Assembly (NCBI GenBank): GCA_028534125.1
Contig: CM052816.1
Span: 65,660,001-65,724,000 of the forward strand
Direction: 5' to 3'
Length of the DNA stretch: 64,000 nucleotides
Source: Lama glama
Lineage: Eukaryota
Shown: positions 52,791-64,000 of the stretch, piece after piece
How positions within the stretch are numbered: the stretch's first letter is position 1
Layout: each line of letters begins with the position of its first letter
Notes under the pieces: model-generated
Databases searched by the model: none
Told to the model about the DNA's origin: nothing
The model's input: the letters and a program-made list of their open reading frames with translations, nothing else
Position numbers and translations under genes: made by a program

Positions 52791-54876
52791 AAGTGTGTGT
52801 TTGTGTGTTTTGTTTTGTTTTGTTTTTGGTTATTAGCATTTCTTTGCCTACATTATTTTACTTCTCCATCCATTAGAAAATATAACTGCTGTGTTGAATA
52901 GGATTCATGGAGCACAGTCGAAAGCATTTGTCTTTCCCCCAACACCCTTTATGCCCAATAGAGAGGTGAGACTCAGAACACTTGCAACTCTCCCAACATA
53001 AATCTCTTGAATGTCCTGTCTCTCCTTTTTCAGTCCTCCCGGCCTTTTCTAAAAGCTGGCTGTGGGATGTCAGCTAGGTCAGAAAGCTGCACGTTGGCAA
53101 GTCCTATGAGATGGTCTAGCAACTCCATGGTGCTGGATGGTTTGCCCTCTCTTGTTTTGTCTTTGACCTTCTTAGGGCCTCTGGTGAAATGAGAGAAAGA
53201 GCCCCACGGACACCTTGGTACACAAGCAATTGTTGAGTTCGAGCACACTGGGTGCGGGATGCTGCCTGGCCAGGGCTGACCTGGTTGCTTTATAAACACT
53301 AAAGCCTATAGGCCTTGACTTTAAATCCATTTCAAGGGAGAATGATGAATTATTTTAGTCAGGGCAATGTGCTTGTAAGGAAGTGGACTCCATAAGGCAG
53401 GAGCCACCCTGCCATGTTGATTATTATTGCCTATCCAGCACACAATAGGTACTCAGTAAGTGAATGAGTGAACAGAAATCGATAAAAATTAGCTCAAGTA
53501 AAAGGAGATTTGTTGGAAAGACACAGAATAATTTCAATGAAATGGCATGCTGAAAATTAATGTCTGGCTTCATAGGGTGCCCCATTCTTGCGTGTTGGTT
53601 CCAGTAACCTCTCTGCTGATAAATCTCAGTGACCCAGTATGGCCATGCGCCAGAATGATGCAAATACAGTGCCCAACGTGAATGAAGAAAAGTAGAAACG
53701 TTCTTGAGCAGCCTGGACTGGACCAGAACGTGAGAGTTAGATGACAGTGGGAAATGAGGGAGGTAATCTGTGACATTGACAGACAACGTTTTTAGTAAAT
53801 CTTACACCATCTGGAAAACATAGGGTGGTATTATCTCCACTGTTACACCCTACAACCTTAAAAGAGAGTTTGTCAGAGAAACACGTACTTTCCATGTACC
53901 TGAAAAATAATATTGCCACAAGAAACATCATTTTTTCTTACGTTAATTATTCCACCCTTTTAGATAACTTGGCAAATTTTAAAATATCACCAAACAGTTG
54001 AGTTAAAAAACTCATAAGCTTTTAACTACTAGAATATTCATGAAAAAATCTTGGAAAATTTCTCCTTTAATGAGATTACTGAAGTATTAACACACATTTT
54101 AGGTATTGAAAAAACAAAATTAAAAAAATACAGCTTCCAAAAAATGTCTCCTGTGAGTAGGAAGACCAATTTGTATGGCACGAAGTATTAGTAAAATAGT
54201 TAGAGAAAAAGTCAAGAAAATTCTCAGCAGTGGAAATTAAAAATTAATTTGCATACTCTCCCTACCCCTGTGTGCATTTATAGGATATATACCATGGTTA
54301 TTCTATTAGATGATATTTTATGAGTTTAGTACTACTTTGATTAATATCATCACTGGAGAAACTCTTACTTTTCATGACCTTATAGAGGTTTATCAGTTTT
54401 CTGATGGCGAGAAAAGGATAAGCAACTAAAATTGGCCAAATGCCCAACAACCTACCACAGACATAATTTTACTTTACCCTCCAGCATACGTATTCACACA
54501 CATGTGTATATATATATCTAACTGAGACAAAACATTCACAAAGTTCTACTTACTCTTACTATGTGTGTTGAATCTAATCTATTCCATTGGTCATAACATT
54601 TGTCACAACCCATGCTGTGTTTCACAACCTTCCCATTGGTCATGCCCCCACAGTTTGAAATACACTGACCCAGGTTAAACGTGTAAATGGGAAATTTGAA
54701 GATATCATCAAGGATGGAAGGGTTAATAAATAGAACATTTGTATTATTTCCTCTGAGGACAGATCAGAAGAAATGAAAGCATGGTTAGATATTGATCTGG
54801 AATTGTTTAGACTTAACCATGGCTAGTAAGGGCAGACTGTGGTCTTAGTATAGTATCTACCTGAGAGTTGTTGTGG

Positions 54877-55043
54877 TGTGAGTCTTCCAACCCTAGCAGT
54901 GCTTTAGAATTACCTGGGGAGCGTTGAAAACATGTGGATGTCCAGGCCAATTGAATCAGAATCTCTGAGTACAGGACCTGGGCATCAGTATTTTTAGGAA
55001 GCTCTCTGCGTAATTCTAATATGCTGTTAGGGTTCAAACCATC
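54877..55043. mobile_element. MER5-like hAT-Charlie MITE
   Basis: TTAGAATTACCTGGGGAGC...AATTGAATCAGAATCTCTGAG...CCTGGGCATCAGTATTTTT...AATTCTAATATGC. Confidence 0.75.
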
Positions 55044-57049
55044 ACCCAGAACTTTGAGTCCATGCTTTTGTCTTGTGCATTGAATACACCTGTCATTCTA
55101 ACAGTTTTTCTTCATGTGGTATTTTATGGGATGCTTTATGTGCATCAGCCAAGAGCAGTAGATATTACAAAATTACAGAGGTTAGATTGAGTAAATAATT
55201 GTGCCCGTCATTAAACCTGACATTTTGAGATACTTATTACTAAAATATTATAGCTGTAATTTGTTTATTAAAAATCTTATAAAGAATCCATTGACAGGAA
55301 CAGGTTACATGTTAAGTACTACTTTGCTAGTTGAATATGGCTTGGGAGAAATGAATTAACTAATTAAATCAAATGGATAGTTTTGAATATTTATATTTAT
55401 TCACATAGTACACTTAAATGATACTCAGGTATTTTATCTATTATCTTTAAAAATCAAAAATGAATTCTTTAAGTTTGTCATAGGTTTTAAATAAAATTGT
55501 TATAAACACTCACGCACTGTAGTTTTTAATCTCTATGGTATCTAATGGATGAATTGTTTTCCACAGTGCCTTAAACATTTAGTATACTAATTTAGAGTTT
55601 TAAAGTACTAACAAATGGAGAATCTTTCTTTACTCAATTTAATACTAAGATAAAGTCATTTGTAGTTAGCATACCGATTTTTTCACCTCTAAACAGACAC
55701 TTAAGTAGTTCTTAAAAAACAGGTTGTTTTTTTTAGGTAATTTTAACATTTCTTCTTCAACCTTCTTTCCAAATTTAGTTGAAATGTTTTTAATCTATTT
55801 GAAAAAAGTAATGTGACTATAAACCTTAGCTCCATTCTTATATAGATTGTTACCATTTCTAATTAGGTGAAACTGGCAAAATTTACTGATATCTTAAAGA
55901 GAATAAGAACTGGATACTTCTGTATGACAATTTCTAAATGTTCTCAACTAAATCCAGTACTTTTAAATTTTTTAAGTATTATGTGAACCTAACCAAATCT
56001 GTTTCTTTTCATCTCACTAAATTATATGGTGATAGCCTTCACTGATTTGTTTTATTGAATGTGTGCATATTTCTTCCTTAATATCTTTATAAAATTAATA
56101 ATCTATCCCTTTGTTTTTGCTTTTCAAAAATATAACACATTGAATCATATGAGCTATATTCCTATGATTATTTTATGAGAGTAAAATCAATTTAGTAGCC
56201 ACTGCTGCTCAGTCAGTGGAATAAATAAACAAATTACAGAAGTGTTTATCTTAATATCACTATCAAGTTCTTTTTTTCTAAAAACAGAACTAATATTCTC
56301 ATTTTACTTTTGTGTAGGTGATTTTAACAGCTGTCTTAAAATATTCCCTGTCAATTGTGAATAGAAATTCAAATTCTTTAATCAAATAATGGTGTCATTT
56401 TTGTGTCCCCTAACATATATATAGACCAATGGTTCTATTGTTCTTTTTTATATGTTATCACTACCTCTGAATATATGTCCGTAGATTGCTGAAACTTATT
56501 GTAAAATTTAATTCAATTACATTTTTAAATGATCTGTTGTTATATGTCATATGCTATTAAGAAGTGTAGTTTGCAAGCAATATTTCAAAATTTTGTTAAT
56601 TTAAAATGTAGTGCAGGATACTCATTTTGTAATTATCAGCTGCATAGATTCTCTATAAAATCTCTTCCTTTTCCCCCTCATGGAATTAGTGCTGAGTTGA
56701 TATTGAGTCCAGTTATTGTGGTTGGGAAAGATGGACATTTGACCATATGCAGTGTGCTTGTCCAAAGTTTGTAACCCAAAACCGTATTCAAAGCAAATAC
56801 AAAGCCAAATGGGCAGTGCTTTATACAAGATTATATTGTTCATGAACTTGCCAGCCAAAGACAACCCCATCTCAGACTAGCACTTACATAAAAGTGCCAG
56901 AGGAGAATAATTCCAAGGGGGGTAAATTTGAACATATTCAAAATGGCCAAAAGTTAAGTTTCTCAGAGAAAAATTTACCTGTATGCTTGCATTTTGTACA
57001 TGATATATTTCCAGACATTTACCAGGTCAATTACAATCAGTTAACATTT

Positions 57050-57270
57050 TTATTAATAAATATGTTATTGAAATAAAACCTACATACATATAAGTATCCA
57101 GTTATAAATATACATCGTGATGAATGTCCACGAAATGAACATATCCATGTAACCATCATCCAGATCAAAAAATAGAACACTGTCAAGTCTTCCAGAAACT
57201 CCTGGTACCATACTCCAGTCACCCCTCCCCACCAGCAAAGGTAACTCATAATTTCTGGTTTAGATTAGTT
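57050..57270 (-). mobile_element. Old L1ME-like 3' end
   Basis: CCATGTAACCATCATCCAGATCAAAAAATAGAACACTGTCAAG...CCAGAAACTCC. Confidence 0.75.
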
Positions 57271-58149
57271 TTTGTCTTTTTTTTTCATATAGCTTTTATG
57301 TGTTCTTGATTGAAGTGTAGCTTTTTTGTAAGCTATTTTATCTTAGCCAGAAGCAGAACTCAGTTACATTTTAATTTTACCATTTTCTCTCCATAAAATG
57401 GAGGGAAGGAAGGAAGGATAGATTTCTGGAAAGAAACTCCTGCTCCTCATTCATTCTTCACCCTATGACATACTTAACCAGGCTTTAAGAGCTTTACTTT
57501 GTGTCTTTTTGTGATATGCTTGGCAAAGCTTTTAAAAACGTCAGGTTTTGGTTCTTTACACATTTGTTATATAATTTATTTTGTGTAGTTTAGAAGATAA
57601 AATGGAAGCATCAAGAAATGTTGGAGGGAGAAGAGTGTGTTTAAAGGACTCACCCACCCTATAATTTTCTTTTGGTCTTGGGTGGCCAGTGGGAACACCC
57701 CAGGAGGTTGGGGACACTGAGGTATACATCAATCAGCAAGCCCAGCCCCACTGTAATTGAGTCTGGAAATCTTTAATTCTGACAATCAAAAAAAAAAGAA
57801 AAGAAAAGAAAAGAAATACTGTCAAATCAAAAGCATGGTGTAGGAGGTTAAGCCAACCTTTCTTTCTTCCTCTTTTTAGAGGAAGACATAAGTAAATCTT
57901 AGGGATTGGGTAGAAAACTGAAACTCATCAGCCCCTGTAAGACCTTTTTGGCAAACCCTTTGAAATCTACTCTAATTAACCTCTTGGTTAGAATTCAGCT
58001 AAGGGTTCCTGCCTTGCAAAACAAATTTGCAGTTTAAAATGGCTGAAGTAAAAATTCTTGCCATGACCACATTGATCTGAGGGTGAAAGTAAGGCTACAG
58101 ATTTCCCATCGACAAGAAAGTTGTAGAATCATATAAAGATTATGGTTTA

Positions 58150-58897
58150 CCTCCTACACTGTTGGTGGGAATGTAAATTGGTGTAGCCACTATGGAAAAT
58201 AGTATGGAGGTATCTTAAAGAACTAAAAATAGAGTTACCATATGATATAGCAATCCCTCTCCAGGTCATTTATCTAGAGAAAATTCTTAACTTAAAAAGA
58301 TACCCAACGTTCGTAGTAGCACTGTTTACAGTAGCCAAGACATTAAAGCATGTAAATGTCCATAGACAGATGAATGGATAAAGAAGATGTGGTATATTTA
58401 TACAATGAAAGGCTACTGAGCCATAAAAAAAAGAATGAAATAATGTCATTTGCAGCAACATGGATGGACCTGGAGATTATTATACTAAGTGAAATAAATC
58501 AGACAGAGAAAGACAAATATCATATGACATCATTTACATGTAGAATCTTAAAAAAAACACAGATGAACTTAATTACAAACCAGAAACAGACTCACAGACA
58601 TAGAAAACAAACTTATGGTTACCAGTGGGGAAGGAGGGTAGGGATAAATTAGGAGTTTTGGATTAGCAGATACAAACTACTATATAGAAAATAGATAAAC
58701 AACAAAGACCTACAGTATAGGACAGGAAACTATATTCAATGTCTTGTAATAAGCCATAATGGAAAAGAATATGAAAAAGGATATATATGTGTGTATATAC
58801 ATATGTGATGTGTGTATATATATAATACATAACTGAATCACTTTGCTGTACACCAGAAGGTAATACAATATTGTAAATCAATTATACTTCAATCAAA
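58150..58897 (+). mobile_element. 5'-truncated L1 (ORF2 C-terminus plus 3' UTR)
   Basis: CCTACACTGTTGGTGGGAATGTAAATTGG...GCAGCAACATGGATGGACCTGGAG. Perfect 15-bp TSD AAAGATTATGGTTTA at 58135-58149 and 58898-58912. Confidence 0.95.
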
Positions 58898-58945
58898 AAA
58901 GATTATGGTTTATAATTTCCTACTTCAAGTAGGGCCACTGTTTAG

Positions 58946-59110
58946 CCATGGTTCTTAGCCCTATTTTGGATATGAGATGCCTCTGAGAACCTGATTAAAT
59001 CTATAGGCTTTCTTCTCTGAAAGTTGCACAGAGGTACGTGCAATTTAGCTATTTGCTTAGTCAGTTCACAGAGCCCCTTAAAGTAATTCATGAACCCCTT
59101 TGGGGTTCTT
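58946..59110. mobile_element. hAT-Charlie MITE fragment (subfamily uncertain)
   Basis: CATGGTTCTTAGCC...CCTCTGAGAACCTGATTAAATCTATAGG...GTTCACAGAGCCCCTTAAAG. Confidence 0.5.
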
Positions 59111-59559
59111 ATTCTACATTCTGAAAGTTAAAGTTCATCAGTAGGAACAGTCTGTGAATGATGGAGGTGTATCCTTTGTTACGGTTCTCTAGGGAAGGAG
59201 ACGCACAGCCTTCATCATTTTCCCCTTCCCCAGTTTCATCCTTTTTCCCTATGATCTGAAGATTTTTATTTTCTTCTTTTATTTTCTCTTATTTCCAAAC
59301 CAAAATCATCCTGCTTCCAGCTAGTTTCTTTTTGTTAAACAGAAGTATATTTCTTCAGAAGAATTAACACCTTTCTAGTGGAAAGAAAAAGACATAGTCC
59401 TGTTTCTATACTGGAGGATAGTAATTAAGTCAATCCTCAGTTGCTTTTCATTCTTGAACTTAAATACTGGAAATCATTAAGTTTTTTTGTGTGTAAAACT
59501 CTTCATGGCTTCATTAATGCCATGGCTTTATTAACATTTTGCTATTTTGATGACTCATT

Positions 59560-59965
59560 GTACAAGTCAAGATAGGCTAGGTTATTCTGCAGTAATCCAA
59601 AATCTACATAGCTTAATACAAGTATACTTTATTTCTTACTCTTCCTACATATCCAAGAGCCATAGATATATCCATAGATTTGCAAGGAGGCTCTGCCCAT
59701 TGTAGCCAATCTGGGACCCAGGGTGGCTGACCTTCCATCTCAATATAGGCTTCCAGTTACCTTAACAGGGAAAGAGAATGTTGTAAATCAGGCACAAGAT
59801 CTTAAAGCGTTCACCTGAAAGTGACATGTATTAATGCTGCTCAAACCCACTGGTTAGAGTATATCACATGACCATGGTTGACATCAAAGAAGGGGGAGGG
59901 TTAGGATAATCCTACCATGGACCCATAAAGAGAAAAGCTACACATATTTGGTAGACACATTAATC
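59560..59965 (-). mobile_element. Old MaLR LTR (MLT1J/K/L-like)
   Basis: GTCAAGATAGGCTAGGTTATTCTGCAGTAA...GGCTCTGCCCAT...GGGACCCAGGGTGG...GAAAGTGACA...TCACATGACCA. Confidence 0.7.
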
Positions 59966-60071
59966 ATGATTTCACTCTTTTCTGGACTCCCCTCCACTTT
60001 CTGTAACTTTTTGGGGATTTGGTTTCAGTTAAGCAGGAAAAAGGGGCTTAAGTTATATTTTTGGTGGAAAA

Positions 60072-60123
60072 AATACTCCATGTTAACTATATTACATAAT
60101 ACTCCGTGTTAACTATATTACAT
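60072..60123. repeat. 26-bp tandem duplication
   Basis: AATACTCC(A/G)TGTTAACTATATTACAT x2, one mismatch. Confidence 0.95.
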
Positions 60124-60324
60124 AATGTACCTGAACTTAAAATAAATAGGTACACATGGCATACAATGAACTCGAAAGAAATAAAATACAAGAATTTTTT
60201 TAATTGAGCCTATTACTAAATCACTTTTATTGGTATTATTTCACCCTAGATCATTGCTAGCCTAGCCCTTTTTTATAATAATATATGCACTGTGATTTAA
60301 ATTATATAGGCATTACCCCTCTCT

Positions 60325-60950
60325 GCTTACCTTTAAAATTCTTAGCCAAAACCGACTTTTATGGCAAAAATAATTAAGAATGAATACAATATCCAGAATA
60401 CATTCTGGTTTGTCTATAAATTCTAATCTCAGCTCTATCTGGGAACTGTCAAAGGAACAATTACAGTGTTGCTCCATTTTTTTTCAGCAGAACTGATTCC
60501 TGTTGTCCCACTTGGAGTGACATGTTGAGTGATGAGAAACTTGGCAAATCTCCTTGGTCATTTTCCTCTAACAGTTCACTTTAGGGCATCCTTATTGGTC
60601 TGCACCTTCCTTTCAGCCTGACCATTTGCTTGAGGGTGATGAAGAGTGATGATGACAGATTGGATAAGCTCTAGCTTCACAGATTTCTTAAACACATGTG
60701 AAATAAATGCAGATCCATTGTCAGGAATAATACCATCTGGAAATCTGGACATTGACAAGCCCTAATAACAAAAAATAACAGAGCTGTTTTTGTTGAAGCA
60801 GAGGTATTTTGAGAAGGTAGCTGCAGCAAGCACAAAATTTGTGTCCTTGCAAAATAAATAGGAGTTCTAACCAAGCCTTCTTGACTATTTTCCATGAGAA
60901 GGAAATGTGTCATTGGTGGATTATATGGTGTGGTCTGACATTGGCTAAAT
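60325..60950 (-). mobile_element. Fossil Gypsy/Ty3 LTR-retrotransposon integrase (rve domain) remnant
   Basis: Translation FPDGIIPDNGSAFIS..F......I....TLHHPQANGQAERKVQTNKDALK has exactly 35 residues between D and E. It continues past stops as RFAKFLITQHVTPSGTTGISSAE. Confidence 0.85.
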
Positions 60951-62944
60951 ATTTCAGTATTGCAATTAATTAGAGGCTTTAGATATTAATTGTTAGTATA
61001 TAAATATTCATTCAAAAATTCCTTGGTATTGCATATATTAATGCTGTAATAATACGATGAATTATATGAGGTCTCTCCTCTGGTCACTGAAAAGTAAGAA
61101 ACAAAGAGCTTTGATTAGAAATTGGGGTCTGAACTGTATATTCGGGAGGTATTAGCATAGTTAAAACTATGAAAGTAAATTGGCTCCCTGAGCTAGGTCA
61201 TGTAAAAAGACAAAAGATCTAGAACAATCTTGAGAATATCCTCAGCCAAACTGAGGAACAAAAGACAGACAGACACATAGATGGATTCAAAATGCACATC
61301 CTGAAAATAATGAAACAAAAGAACCGGATCTCACATGACTGGGAAGCATAGGTTATAAGGAAGTGCTCTCAAATTGTGGTAACTAACAGTGAATTGGCAT
61401 ATGTTCTAAAGCGGTGAACTCCAAATTAGTGGTGAGTAATCACTTGTCAGGGAAAAGGTTTAGCATGGGGTCTATTTATACTTCAGATTAGGGACTATCT
61501 CCAGTTGCCTATGGGGAGCGCTTCAAAGTTATGTCAATTGCCTGTTGTTTCAGAGACTTCTTTGATCAGATTCAAAGAAGTCTCCAAACACTGCAGGAAT
61601 GGACAGACTCTTTACCAATTTTTGTCCTTCCTTAGAAAACTAAAATTTTGACCTTTTGACTATTTTTAGACCATTTTTGGACACACTTTGTACTTTGAAC
61701 TAACTTTGCCGTTAATCACTATAACAAATACAATTTATTCTCTATGTATCATATTCTAGGCTTTCTTCCAGGTCATGCTTTATTTCTTTCCTTCTATATT
61801 TTTAGTTTTTTTTTCCCCCATGTGAAAATGGAGTGATTTGAACTAGATGTAATTAGATTAAAGGTCATGAACCTAGCTTTCTTTGACAAGAAAATCTACA
61901 CTCCTGTTACTGGAGTTGACTTACTCATGTTTTTTGTCTGGTGGGATTACAGTGTCTGGTGGGAGTTGGCATCAAATGTAAGCAAGAAAGTAATCCTTCT
62001 CCTACAATCTTCTTTTAGTCTTTATTTTCCATGTATGTTGAGAGCATTTCTAGTCAGAGTTCTTTTTTTTTTTACGCTGTTACCAAGTAGTGCAGTCTCC
62101 AGTAACTTTTTAATTAGTTTGTGACATATTCGCCCTTTAATCAGGTCTACAATGGCCAGCCAACTGTCTTCAGTGTCAGTTTTAGGTAGGCATTAGTATG
62201 ATAATATGGAACTGGTTGACAATCTTAATTTTAAAGCATTTTGGAGGAGATATTTTATGAATGGTGTTGAGGGACTTATATGACCTGTCAAAACAATTCA
62301 TAAAATTCCTATTTTGAAGGGGAAATTAAAAGTCAAGGTGATGGAAAGGTTATATTAGTGCATTTGAAGGAGATGAAAGATGTAGAGAGGATGACTTTGA
62401 AAGCTAATGAGAAAGAAGCTACTTGTCAGGCAGTCTGTTCAAGAGCAATGTCAGCAAGTGAAATGGGTTGTTGCCTTTGGGGAAATGATTCACAGTGTCT
62501 GAAAACGATGAAATCCATATTGGTTTAGGAGCTGGATTGACCATGGCACCTCTCCTGACTTTTTGGCTCTCCCTTCCTTCCTGTTTCCAGTGCAAAATCA
62601 GCTTTTGCCTATGAAGTGTGCGATCCATACTTGGCCTCCACTCGTGTGTGTTCTTGATATGATTTAAAATAATGAGATTGGCATTGGATACTTCATTAAA
62701 CAGCCGTATTTACTTTAGGTCTGTATTTACCTATTCTTTGTAGTTTAGCTGGCTAAACTCAGACAAAGTCTTCTGAATTTGAGCCCTAATCAAGTGTTGT
62801 GCTTTCGAAGAGAGTATGCAGAATTAAAAGAATATACAGTTCCTCTTTGCGTAAAAAAACAGACTTTCCTTTTTCTTTTCCTGTTTTTCTCATCTCTCTG
62901 CTGTCGGACCTGCCCCAGGCAGGGACACTTAGGTCATATCCCTA

Positions 62945-63013
62945 GTATGTATGTATGTATGTATGTGCATATATGTATGTGTAGTATGTATGTGTATATA
63001 TGTATGTGTGTGT
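62945..63013. repeat. Imperfect (TATG)n/(TG)n simple repeat
   Basis: Direct reading. Confidence 0.85.
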
Positions 63014-64000
63014 ATTCCATTTTAACATTGAATAAAGGAACTTACAGTTTTTTAACCTTTTTTTTTTCATAAATGCAAAAATAGAATCTGTCCTGTAAGC
63101 AAATGATCTTGAACCCAGAGTAGCTACCTCTGGAAGTTTGGCTACTTGGTGATAGGCATGGGGCTCTACTGTGCTTTACTACCACCTAAAAAAATAAAGA
63201 CAAAAGGACGACACCCTGTGTGCTACTAGAGAAAGGCCACAGTCCGAGCCGAACTGCTTGTCACTTTCTATCCTTCAGGCTCTTTAAACTATCTTCCTTT
63301 TGGATGATGCTTTTTGTATCTGTTGTCACTTGTGCAACTGGCCAGGGAAAAGGAAATGAATAACATGATTGGAAGGAGTGTAGAGGAATTGGAGTCTTAG
63401 GATGATCCTTAGGATTTACAGAAGCCTTTAAAGCTATTTGTGCTGCTTTGTGGTGCTTTGTGCCCTGTGTCAGCTCATATTTCATCTTTACTCCATTTTT
63501 ATGTTCTCAGATCGAGGACATGTTTTAAAAATCATTCTTTTGACCTCCTTTCTCAGTCCACCCTGAAGCCTTCCAGCTTCCGGCCAACCCTATTAGCTTC
63601 TCTGATTGCATCTCCATGGTCCTTTCACTTGGTTAAGCAACACAAAGTGGATGCTTCAATGCCAAGACCAATACGTAGGAAATCTTTGTAAATGGCAGCA
63701 CAGGTTCACCTGCAAATATGAAATGTGAAGGAACTTCCATGTAGCTCCTGATGAGTGTAATTATTAATGCTGAAGTCAGTTCACAGTTTGCTGATACTAT
63801 AACGAGTTTTTGAATTACATTTCACTTAGTAGTGGAGCATTTTAGTCTGGAAAAAAAGCTTCATATATAGTATGACATTCGATATACTCCTGTAAAGCAC
63901 TGTTTCATCCTTTTAAATAGACTACAACATCCTGGAAGTGAAATCAAGATTTCTGAATGTCTAAAGCAAAGAAACACTGGAATGTAATCAATACATCTTC

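Noticed and set aside
53030..53299. 89-aa minus-strand ORF with plausible composition
   Set aside because: No recognisable family and no convincing splice or pseudogene hallmarks.
7260..58897. Using L1 orientation bias to infer the host gene strand
   Set aside because: The younger L1 inserts split evenly (5 plus, 5 minus), so they are uninformative.

Overview
Mammalian genomic DNA, AT-rich and repeat-dense, with the character of a large intron or intergenic region. A tRNA-Ala-derived SINE and the young L1 3' ends look camelid (Camelus/Vicugna); this comes from recalled family patterns, not a search. I can support no host protein-coding gene, rRNA, functional tRNA or CRISPR array. The listed ORFs are chance ORFs or transposon remnants. 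The window holds about ten younger L1 3'-end insertions (several with readable target-site duplications, TSDs), old L1M/L2/L3/MIR fragments, hAT-Charlie MITEs, MaLR/ERVL LTRs and microsatellites. Most notable: (1) a fossil Gypsy (Mag/K02A2.6-like) integrase with intact D(35)E spacing at ~60.3-61.0 kb; (2) a ~385-bp TSD-bounded L1 whose extreme 5' end is fused directly to its 3' UTR, a candidate spliced or internally deleted L1, at 20.3-20.7 kb; (3) a ~99-bp tandem duplication carrying four ERR/NR5A-type TGACCTTG sites; (4) a candidate exon ending ATG|GTGAGT at 16.9 kb; (5) a short L1 with a probable 3' transduction; (6) a 130-bp dispersed local duplication. No novel multi-gene system can be supported. 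Repeat subfamily names and boundaries are approximate and assigned by eye.
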